Of a stretch of 64,000 bases of DNA, positions 19,861-27,960 are shown one piece after another; the first letter of the stretch is position 1; every line of letters begins with the position of its first letter. This DNA comes from Flavobacteriales bacterium. Its GTDB lineage: Bacteria; Bacteroidota; Bacteroidia; Palsa-965. The notes below the pieces were generated by a model that saw only the letters and a list, made by a program, of their open reading frames with translations, was not told where the DNA came from and did no database searches. The translations under genes were made by a program, and so were the position numbers. The stretch covers positions 1 through 64,000 of the forward strand of contig JBEIPA010000017.1 of assembly GCA_040377305.1 (NCBI GenBank), read 5' to 3'.

Positions 19861-20322
19861 GTGATTTACGCGCTCATCGTCCTCTTTACATTCATTGCCA
19901 TGGAAGGTGTAACATGGATCACACATCGTTTTGTGATGCACGGCCTGTTGTGGATTTTGCATGAAGATCATCATCAGCCGCGCAATCACTTATTTGAAAA
20001 GAACGATCTGTTCTTCGTGATCTTTGCAATTCCGTCTATGATCCTCATGTATTTCGGTACGCACGATGAGTCACTTTTCTATATGCTCTTCATCGGAATT
20101 GGTATTACCCTTTACGGAGCGGCATATTTTCTCGTACACGACATTATCATTCACCAGCGGTTCAAATATTTCACACGAACTTCCAATTTCTATGTTCGTG
20201 CTATTCGCAAAGCACACAAAGTCCATCACAAACATCTTGGAAAAGAAGAAGGTGAATGTTTCGGGATGTTATGGGTTCCTGTGAAATATTTTCGCGAAGC
20301 ACTTAAGGCAGGAAAGGAATGA
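19861..20322 (+). CDS. crtZ: Beta-carotene hydroxylase
   Basis: HRFVMHG, HEDHH, FEKND, VHDIIIHQR and HKVHH. Confidence 0.9.
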   Translation: MIYALIVLFTFIAMEGVTWITHRFVMHGLLWILHEDHHQPRNHLFEKNDLFFVIFAIPSMILMYFGTHDESLFYMLFIGIGITLYGAAYFLVHDIIIHQRFKYFTRTSNFYVRAIRKAHKVHHKHLGKEEGECFGMLWVPVKYFREALKAGKE

Positions 20323-21005
20323 ATCTGCACTACACCTATCTTCTTGTTGATGTAGGGTGCCTGCTGTTTCCGCTGCTATTTTCCTTCACTGCGCGCTTTC
20401 CGTTCCATAAAGAATTCAGAAAAGTGTATATGCCCATGCTGCTTACTGCAGTGTTATTTCTGCTCTGGGATGTAGCATTTACACACCTGGGCGTATGGAG
20501 CTTCAATCCGGATTACACACTTGGAATCAATGTCTTCAATTTGCCCGTGGAAGAGATTTTATTCTTTCTCTGCATTCCGTACGCGTGCGTGTTCACCTAT
20601 TACTGCATGAAGCCGTTGCAGTCACTCAACGGAATTAAGGCAGGAACCATTCTTTCCGTTCTGCTGATCACTTTTTGCGCAGTGATGTGCGTTCTGTACT
20701 ACGACAAACTCTACACACTAACTACATGCCTGAGTCTGCTCGTCGCACTAAGTTGGTTAGTCCTTAGAAAGGTCGACTTTCTGCTGCGAATGCTTGTAGC
20801 ATACTTTGCTGTGATTCCGTTCTTCATTCTATCCAACGGAATACTAACGGGAATGCTCACCGAAGCACCTGTTGTGATTTACAACGATCAGGAGAATTGT
20901 GGTGTGCGTTTGTTGACTATTCCTGTAGAAGATATCTTTTACGGAATGTTGCTGGTGGTGTTGAATGTGGCGGGATATGAATGGGTGAACAAGCGTCAAG
21001 TGTAA
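20319..21005 (+). CDS. crtY: Lycopene cyclase, membrane CrtYcd type
   Basis: Two cyclase repeats with LPVEE and IPVED motifs, at the end of the crt cluster. Confidence 0.85.
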   Translation: MNLHYTYLLVDVGCLLFPLLFSFTARFPFHKEFRKVYMPMLLTAVLFLLWDVAFTHLGVWSFNPDYTLGINVFNLPVEEILFFLCIPYACVFTYYCMKPLQSLNGIKAGTILSVLLITFCAVMCVLYYDKLYTLTTCLSLLVALSWLVLRKVDFLLRMLVAYFAVIPFFILSNGILTGMLTEAPVVIYNDQENCGVRLLTIPVEDIFYGMLLVVLNVAGYEWVNKRQV

Positions 21006-21029
21006 CGGACGTTGTAAAAGAAAATGCAC

Positions 21030-21992
21030 TTAGCGATTCACAACCAGTTTCCCTGTTATCAATGTTGTACCACCCGCTTTTAAACAGTACACATAAGAAC
21101 CGTTTGCCAACGTAAGAAACATTTCATGTGAATTATTTCCACTTGGAATTTCGTCATAAAAAACTCGCTGACCCAGCATATCGAAAATTTCGAATTGCGT
21201 TCCTTCCGAAAAATTTCCGCTAAGTGTAATTTTACCACCCGTAATAGTCGGGGTAAGTGAAAATTCCGGATAAGTCGGTGGCTCCGAAGTGTCGGAAGTA
21301 CAATCAATGCAATGAACATCGAAGTCATCGAAGTAGTAGTAAGAGCCGATTTGTGCATTCGAATATTGAGTTCCCGCCGTGTCAATGTTCCCAATAATCA
21401 TATACCGCTCTCCTCCTTCCGCAATAAATGTATCCTGCACAAGCACCCATGACATCGTATCAGTGATAATATTGCCAGCTTGATTTCCAGCATCGACGTG
21501 AAGCGTACCTAAATAAGTCCAACACGATAGAGAGTTGTAGTTGGTCACGCTATCCTGCATGAAGCAGAAATTAATTTGATCAAGACCTGAAACTGATAAT
21601 TCCGCTAATGAAGTGTAAAAACTTGCGACGTACATTTTTCCTGGCATGAAACTATCTGTTAAACCAACAGCAAGTAATTCTGCACCCATACTTACGCCGA
21701 AACCGCAGTATGCGATGCCAGTTCGTGGCGGCTGGTAGCCCCGAGAATTAAGATAGTCGCCCCCCCCCCAGTTATTTGGTGCAAGCGCAGAGCAGCTAAC
21801 GTTTTGTTGAAGCGGATAATAAAAATCAGGATTTCCACACGCAGATGGACGATACCATCGTTTTGCCTTAATCACCGTAGAGTCGGAGGCGCAATGTACG
21901 GTGTCCTCAAAGCTCGGATTGGGAACAAGGTTTATCTGCCCGATCGAAAGTAGGGGAGAGAATAAAGAAAAAAGGATCAATATTGCTTTCAT
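21030..21992 (-). CDS. T9SS type A cargo with a carbohydrate-binding-like domain
   Basis: Signal peptide, NLVPNPSFED, YYYFDD and the CTD FDMLGQ...LANGSY...KLVV. Confidence 0.8.
   Translation of the reverse strand: MKAILILFSLFSPLLSIGQINLVPNPSFEDTVHCASDSTVIKAKRWYRPSACGNPDFYYPLQQNVSCSALAPNNWGGGDYLNSRGYQPPRTGIAYCGFGVSMGAELLAVGLTDSFMPGKMYVASFYTSLAELSVSGLDQINFCFMQDSVTNYNSLSCWTYLGTLHVDAGNQAGNIITDTMSWVLVQDTFIAEGGERYMIIGNIDTAGTQYSNAQIGSYYYFDDFDVHCIDCTSDTSEPPTYPEFSLTPTITGGKITLSGNFSEGTQFEIFDMLGQRVFYDEIPSGNNSHEMFLTLANGSYVYCLKAGGTTLITGKLVVNR
21760..21769 (-). repeat. G10 homopolymer in the coding strand
   Basis: Ten consecutive C on the + strand, encoding W-G-G-G. Confidence 0.9.
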
Positions 21993-22118
21993 TTTGTGAA
22001 AGCAGGTTCCAGGCTTTATCCCCGAAACCTGCTTATTATAGTCCTTATATCAAAGTTAAGTTATTCAGGCGATTTTGTCTGAACGGCACATCATTCGGAC
22101 GATTCTACATGAATAACC

Positions 22119-25100
22119 TCATTTCACTATCACAAGGCGCTGACTTTCGGTCGCTTCACCATCCACAACCACGCGCAGCATATACACGCCCTCATGCAGA
22201 ATTACCGTTTCAATAGTGTAAACGTCTTGCTGAGGGGGAAGTTGCTGACTCAACACGAGTTTCCCGTTCAGATCGAAAATTTCAACTTGCACCCTTTGCC
22301 CTGCATCAACACCGTATTCCAGTTTCACGGATTCGTTTGCAGGATTAGGATAAACATTCAGCTCGCTTTGGGTTGTTGCACTTGAGTTTTCCTGTCCGAT
22401 GCGTTGTGAACTTGCACCGTAGTAGTCGATTTCAAGATCGAGCATAACCTGCGCACTGTAAACTGCCGTACCACCTTCTACAGGGTCCTGCAATGCAATG
22501 CTTAGAAGTGCAGCAGAATCTGCCGAAGTAAATTCTGCTATGCCCTGCATCCACGTATTAGCATAAATGATATATACAACCTTGACGTTGTGCTCAGGAA
22601 GATTAGAGCAGGAGAGCGCGCTACACGCCGAAGCAACAAACTGAAACCCACCTGTGTCGGCTGCCGTTTCTATCTGGCGCAAAGTTCCTACGTTCGTCGG
22701 GTTATAGCTGTTAAAGAAATTTTGGTACAACGTATCGTCTGGATAACCTAGACTTAACCATGCAGGTGTTTGCGTCAGTTTGCGGTGTGCATAACGGTGC
22801 AACATGTGGCGGTTCTCTGTTGTGCTGTTCGTGTCAGATGCCGATCGTAACGCTGCGCCTACTTGCTGGTCGCGTTCAAATTGCTGCGGTGAGAAGAAAA
22901 ACAGATTGCAGGCGTTGTAACTTTCTTGTTGCATTGTTATTCCACTTGCATTCAAAAACGTTGGCGGTGTTGATTGATAACGCCAAACGATTGCTGGTAA
23001 TACATCACCGTTAATTTCATCAGAAACTGAAACGTTGTTGTTCCACGTATTTCCGGTTGCTGATGCGATATTATTTGGATCATTGATTTGATCGCCTATA
23101 TCGCAGTTACCATTAGTAGCTGCACCCCCAGTAAATAACACTCCGTTGTAGCAACGGTTCATTGTGTTACAAGCAAGCGTACTGGAAGAAGACGTTTCCC
23201 ATCCGAAAATACCGCTACCCAAGCGTGTAAAAATATTGTCAGTTGCATAAGTTACAGGACTGTTCTCAATGCTGATTCCACGTAAGCGTTGAACCATTGT
23301 AGATGTCGGCAGACCAGTTGCAAGGGCTTTCGTCACAGTATTCGTATCACAGCGCACGGTTGCACAATCCATCAACCGAATTCCGTAGTGCGCCGAACCA
23401 TAAGCCGTGTTTGGTTTAGTGAAATTGATGACATTACCGCCTACGAATACCTTGTCTTTGCCGACAAGGTTTTGAAGCCAGATTCCTGTGCGCACTCTGC
23501 TAATTGCGTTATTGCTCTGAATGGTCAGTGTAATATCTGCCGGTGAAACACAGGCTACACGAATTCCCGTACCCGTTTGCTGTGAGTAATTAGTTGCAGT
23601 GTTACCCGTTTGCAGAATAAAGTTTCGGCTTAAGTTGACTGTTGCGTTATAACATTCCAATACGAGAATTCCAGTATTGAAACTATATGACACAGCATTG
23701 TTAGTAATGCGGTTGTCAATAACGGAAATAAGTTTGTTACCGCATCTTTGTACGCGCACACCAAACTGACGCGTGTCGCTGATGTTGTTGTTTTCTACAG
23801 TTAAGTGAAGGTCGTCCATCGCGTCAACCGCAATTCTTGTATTGATGAAAGCGCAGCGGTTCGTGATACCTGCTGCCCCGACGGTGAGCGTTGGCTGATA
23901 CAAGTAAGCATTCTTCTGACCAATACCAACAATAGCAGTACCTGCGTTTGGAACGCTCAGGATTTGCGGAGCCGATGGATTAAAATTAGCGAAGCGACAG
24001 TTCAATACTTCGGTGCGCGAGTTCTTTGTCCGAACACCAACGAAAATATTTGTGAACCTGTTCTGATAAACTGCAAGTGCGGGATCGCCAATCGTTATGT
24101 CCGCATTGTCTACGATTTCTATGGCGCAAACGGTCCTGACATGATTTGCGGGCAATGCAGGAACGGCAGCCCAGAAACCCGGGGCTGTCATTGTAAAATC
24201 TGTTGATCGTACTATCCCCGGATGAGTTCCTCCGTAAGCGTTTACAACAATGTCCTTGTAGTTGTTTCGCATCACAGAATTCTCAATGAAATACCTGCCA
24301 CCGCTGTTAGACACTACTGCATTCCTAGCCTGTTGAATGACTGATGTATTAATAATGTTCACAGTTGAAGTCACATTCGTCAGGTGAATTCCATCCCACA
24401 TTGTATCGCACTTAACAGATAGCGTACAATTGTCCAGTGTCAGCGTTTGACCCGGATCGACAAGGATGACAGTGTTCGCACTGAGGCTGATGTAATCACA
24501 GTTCAGAAAAGTGATCGGAACGTCGATTGTAAACACGCCTGATATCATAATGTCATTTGGTGCACATGTGCCCGAAATAATGTTGCCGGGTAGTACGCAC
24601 GTAGTAAAAGCGGGATCAGCAAGTACAGCAGAAGCAGTCGTGTTTGAAATGTTGTATGCTGTGAGCAGATTGCAGCAGCCGGGTATATACAACGTATCAA
24701 ATCCATAACAGTCGTTTATGGAATCCCATGCCGAGAGATAAATGTAACCGCCAGCGGTAATCCAATGTACATTCGTTGAACATCCTGTGGTATCACTCAA
24801 ACTGTCGTTTGGAATTGACGCTGACCAGTCGTACACAATTCCCGAAACACACGGATTTGCCGTGTAAGTAATAAATCCGTTTCCGCAGTTGTTCGTTTGA
24901 TAACCGTCAATGTTTGCCACTGGACCACCGGGTTGAACAACTGTAGCCGTGTAAGTAAATACAGCACCATAGGGACTAGTAATCGTATGCGTTACTGTGA
25001 ACGGCACCCCGTTCTGCGTGAAGATATGCGGAGGGTTCTGTAGCGCGGAACTATCGTTAGCGCCAGATGCCGGATCACCAAAATTCCAGTGATGAACATA

Positions 25101-26276
25101 GCCTGTATCAATGCATTCAGTGCTGTCAACAAATTTAGTCCTGCAAGTACCTGACCATGTGAAAGTCGGATCGGGATAAATTTCTAAAGTGATGTCGTCG
25201 ATGTAATAATACGCACCGAGATTCGGATTTGTATTGACAGCATTCGGGAATGGTGGTGTCGGAAGAGGACCCGGCATTGTGGTCTGCACTTGAGCAGCAT
25301 TTCCGAAGGAACCAATCGTTATCCACTGCTCTCCACCTGCGGCCTGAAAAGTTCCGTTGATCATTGTCCAGGTGGTCGTATCTGTAATTGTATTGCCTGC
25401 AACAATCTGCGGGGTAAAATTCAGAACCGAAGGATTTGGTGACTGTATTGGTTGTGTGCCGGAAAAAAATGCACCCAGATCGTTTACTGCGAAACCAGAA
25501 CAATCGGCAAGGCTTACCCAAAAAATGAGCGTATAAAATTCACCCGCAATGAGTGGAGCCGTTAATTGGTGTTGAACGTATTCGCGATACAAGGCATTAG
25601 TGCTATAGTAACAGTACAGCCCGCCATACGAGCTGTCTGAATGCGGCGCTTCGGTACCGGCAAAGTTTGTAGTGTCAACCGTTGTCGGAAAACCTACTTT
25701 GAAATAATCCGGAGTACCAACACCGGGCGTTCCCCAGTTGCCGCACACATTGGTAGATACAAAGTTGGCAGGAGCTTGACCCACTGGTGTACCAGCATAT
25801 AACTCCAGATCGTGATTACAAACGAGTTGACATAGTGAATCAGGGCACGGTGGACATGATCCCACCGATGCGAACACGTTCGTCCATACTTTAAGTTGAC
25901 CACTACTTGAAGTAGAACGCACGACCTTTAAGAGGTAATTGGTAGATGCCGAAACGTTTCCTTTGACGATGAATGCGTTTATATCGCTAAATCCTGTTTG
26001 GATCAACGTCATTGTAACGCATGTTCCCGAATATAGTTCGGCTGCTACAATTGTTGAAGGAGGACCACCTGCTGGAACGGAGATGTAAATGTTGCTCCAC
26101 GAAGCTGCGCTTCCCGAATTGAACGTGAACCACACTATGGAATCGCTGACACTGACGGTATCGCAATCATTTACGGTTAAAGACAAGGGAGTGGCACATG
26201 TCTGCGCCACAACTTTTTCGCCTAACAAACACGACATTCCGATTGTGAGTAGCAAGATTAAGATTTTCAGTTTCAT
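22119..26276 (-). CDS. Large T9SS type A cargo (carbohydrate-binding-like domain, PKD, beta-helix region)
   Basis: Signal peptide from MKLKILILLL (ATG 26276), WNFGDP PKD motif, Asn-ladder repeats and the CTD VYPNPA...GVYMLRV...RLVIVK. Confidence 0.85.
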   Translation of the reverse strand: MKLKILILLLTIGMSCLLGEKVVAQTCATPLSLTVNDCDTVSVSDSIVWFTFNSGSAASWSNIYISVPAGGPPSTIVAAELYSGTCVTMTLIQTGFSDINAFIVKGNVSASTNYLLKVVRSTSSSGQLKVWTNVFASVGSCPPCPDSLCQLVCNHDLELYAGTPVGQAPANFVSTNVCGNWGTPGVGTPDYFKVGFPTTVDTTNFAGTEAPHSDSSYGGLYCYYSTNALYREYVQHQLTAPLIAGEFYTLIFWVSLADCSGFAVNDLGAFFSGTQPIQSPNPSVLNFTPQIVAGNTITDTTTWTMINGTFQAAGGEQWITIGSFGNAAQVQTTMPGPLPTPPFPNAVNTNPNLGAYYYIDDITLEIYPDPTFTWSGTCRTKFVDSTECIDTGYVHHWNFGDPASGANDSSALQNPPHIFTQNGVPFTVTHTITSPYGAVFTYTATVVQPGGPVANIDGYQTNNCGNGFITYTANPCVSGIVYDWSASIPNDSLSDTTGCSTNVHWITAGGYIYLSAWDSINDCYGFDTLYIPGCCNLLTAYNISNTTASAVLADPAFTTCVLPGNIISGTCAPNDIMISGVFTIDVPITFLNCDYISLSANTVILVDPGQTLTLDNCTLSVKCDTMWDGIHLTNVTSTVNIINTSVIQQARNAVVSNSGGRYFIENSVMRNNYKDIVVNAYGGTHPGIVRSTDFTMTAPGFWAAVPALPANHVRTVCAIEIVDNADITIGDPALAVYQNRFTNIFVGVRTKNSRTEVLNCRFANFNPSAPQILSVPNAGTAIVGIGQKNAYLYQPTLTVGAAGITNRCAFINTRIAVDAMDDLHLTVENNNISDTRQFGVRVQRCGNKLISVIDNRITNNAVSYSFNTGILVLECYNATVNLSRNFILQTGNTATNYSQQTGTGIRVACVSPADITLTIQSNNAISRVRTGIWLQNLVGKDKVFVGGNVINFTKPNTAYGSAHYGIRLMDCATVRCDTNTVTKALATGLPTSTMVQRLRGISIENSPVTYATDNIFTRLGSGIFGWETSSSSTLACNTMNRCYNGVLFTGGAATNGNCDIGDQINDPNNIASATGNTWNNNVSVSDEINGDVLPAIVWRYQSTPPTFLNASGITMQQESYNACNLFFFSPQQFERDQQVGAALRSASDTNSTTENRHMLHRYAHRKLTQTPAWLSLGYPDDTLYQNFFNSYNPTNVGTLRQIETAADTGGFQFVASACSALSCSNLPEHNVKVVYIIYANTWMQGIAEFTSADSAALLSIALQDPVEGGTAVYSAQVMLDLEIDYYGASSQRIGQENSSATTQSELNVYPNPANESVKLEYGVDAGQRVQVEIFDLNGKLVLSQQLPPQQDVYTIETVILHEGVYMLRVVVDGEATESQRLVIVK

Positions 26277-26500
26277 CTGGTTCGGATTGGGTTTATAAAT
26301 ATTGAATATTGAAAATACGCGCGCGAAGAACACTCTCCGGGTCGAATACAGCACAGCGCCTCGTCCTGGACGAAACAAAATTTCACTTCAGTAATTTTCC
26401 AACTTCCGGCCCGAACTACATTTCATTCATTCAGAGGGGGACTCAGATGAATGAAACTTAGCGAGGACAGCGGTCAGTCCGGTTGTCGGATTCGATTATT

Positions 26501-26508
26501 CAAATATA
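26501..26508 (-). promoter_or_regulatory. -7 promoter element for the T9SS gene at 26276
   Basis: Perfect TATATTTG on the minus strand. Confidence 0.6.
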
Positions 26509-26516
26509 TAAAATTA

Positions 26517-26572
26517 CATATATGTCGGACGCATATATATCGGACGCATACATGTCGTGGACATAAACGTCG
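26517..26572. repeat. Four tandem ~15-bp repeats, candidate operator array
   Basis: CATATATGTCGGACG / CATATATATCGGACG / CATACATGTCGTGGA / CATAAACGTCG. Confidence 0.8.
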
Positions 26573-26592
26573 CTATAGCCGTGCTTTGTGTC

Positions 26593-26847
26593 ATGGAAAA
26601 GTCCGGCAAAAAGGGAAGCAAAAAAAGGAAGCCTCCTGAAATTTCTCATCTTGCACGTAGGATCAAAGATTTACGGATCGCAAAAGGATATAAAAGCGGA
26701 GAGAGTTTTGCACTTGACCACCAGCTTTCAAGAACGCATTACGGTAGATGGGAACGTGGATCTAATATTACATACGTGAACCTTGTGAAACTGTCAGAAG
26801 CCTTCGACTTGACACTCGAAGAATTTTTCAGCAAGGGATTCGAGTAA
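26593..26847 (+). CDS. XRE-family helix-turn-helix regulator
   Basis: RIKDLRIAKGY.S.E.FA...SRTHYGRWERG.NIT..NL.KL...F...LEEFF. Confidence 0.88.
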   Translation: MEKSGKKGSKKRKPPEISHLARRIKDLRIAKGYKSGESFALDHQLSRTHYGRWERGSNITYVNLVKLSEAFDLTLEEFFSKGFE

Positions 26848-26851
26848 GAAC

Positions 26852-26885
26852 AAAAAAATCCCGGCATCCTGACAGACACCGGGAT
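26852..26885 (-). terminator. Intrinsic terminator of the porP-like gene
   Basis: Minus strand ATCCCGGTGTC-loop-GATGCCGGGAT followed by a T-run. Confidence 0.8.
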
Positions 26886-26905
26886 CAAATCAACTGCTGT
26901 CTTAT

Positions 26906-27943
26906 TTAATTAAAGAACGACTTATTCTTGTTCTTCCCATCGCTTGCCATCAAGAAGCGCAATGAAATTTCAAATCCACCGCGTCCTGAGCTTGCTGAAG
27001 TGAGTCCCGACAAGTTAACGTCGTAGCTCAATCCCAAACGGAAAGGATACATTTCATATCCGGCAACAATGTTCATTGCATCGGCGAAACGGTAATAACC
27101 TCCAAGGAAAAATGCAGCCGGCTTTTTGCGTCCGGTGTAAACCGATGCTTCCTGCAACCAATACTTGAACAATGAACCCACTGAAATTTCACGGTGACCG
27201 CCTTGAATCATGACGAGATAACCTGGCTCTACAACGAGACTGAAATTTTTGATCCCGATCTCCGCATTACCGTGTGCAATCAACTTCATGGGAAGTTTGT
27301 TGTCGGTATCGCCGTAGAATGTGTACACCGGTTTGTTCAGGTGATACGCAGCAAATCCAACGGTAACATTCCATGCATCGTTTGAACTGATGGTGTTATT
27401 ACCAGTTCCATAATACCACGCTGCTCCTACTCCAATATCGAGATACGAGCGATTGGAAACCGTTTGCGTTTCTCCGGTTGGTGCGGTTGCATCATATTGT
27501 CCGATGATGTATTGATTATCCCAGCTAAGATTTGCATAGTCGAGACTACGTTGACCAAATCCGCCCATCAAACCAACCGAGATAAAACTCTGATCGTTGG
27601 TCGCAAGCACACCTGACAAATTCAGCTGGCCGGTTGTTGTTCCCATATTTCCGTCGCCCGCTTTATCGGAGAAGAAATCGATACCAACGCCCATGTGGCT
27701 TCCCTTTTTATTCTTCATCAGCGCTACGTCAGCGCTCACGTTGAACGTCTTGAACGGATTACTCGACACACTTCTCCACTGATCGCGGTAGTTAACGTAC
27801 ACACTCATATCGTGTGTGAACGCAGTATTCGCCGGATTCAATAACAAAGGTGTCTGCGTAAGCTGAGTAAAGTGAATATCCTGAGCCACGATCATCGCAG
27901 GCAATGCCAACGAAGCGATCAAAAATAATTTCGTCTTTTTCAT
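26906..27943 (-). CDS. PorP/SprF family T9SS outer-membrane protein
   Basis: QDIHFTQ...PLLLNPA, NYRDQW, HLNKP, GLSYD and GGFEISL. Confidence 0.93.
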   Translation of the reverse strand: MKKTKLFLIASLALPAMIVAQDIHFTQLTQTPLLLNPANTAFTHDMSVYVNYRDQWRSVSSNPFKTFNVSADVALMKNKKGSHMGVGIDFFSDKAGDGNMGTTTGQLNLSGVLATNDQSFISVGLMGGFGQRSLDYANLSWDNQYIIGQYDATAPTGETQTVSNRSYLDIGVGAAWYYGTGNNTISSNDAWNVTVGFAAYHLNKPVYTFYGDTDNKLPMKLIAHGNAEIGIKNFSLVVEPGYLVMIQGGHREISVGSLFKYWLQEASVYTGRKKPAAFFLGGYYRFADAMNIVAGYEMYPFRLGLSYDVNLSGLTSASSGRGGFEISLRFLMASDGKNKNKSFFN

Positions 27944-27960
27944 CTTGCTTCCTTTTGAAA

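Noticed and set aside
26355-26400. GTCCTGGACGAAAC looks like part of a hammerhead ribozyme core
   Set aside because: No correctly placed CUGAnGA is present on the same strand.
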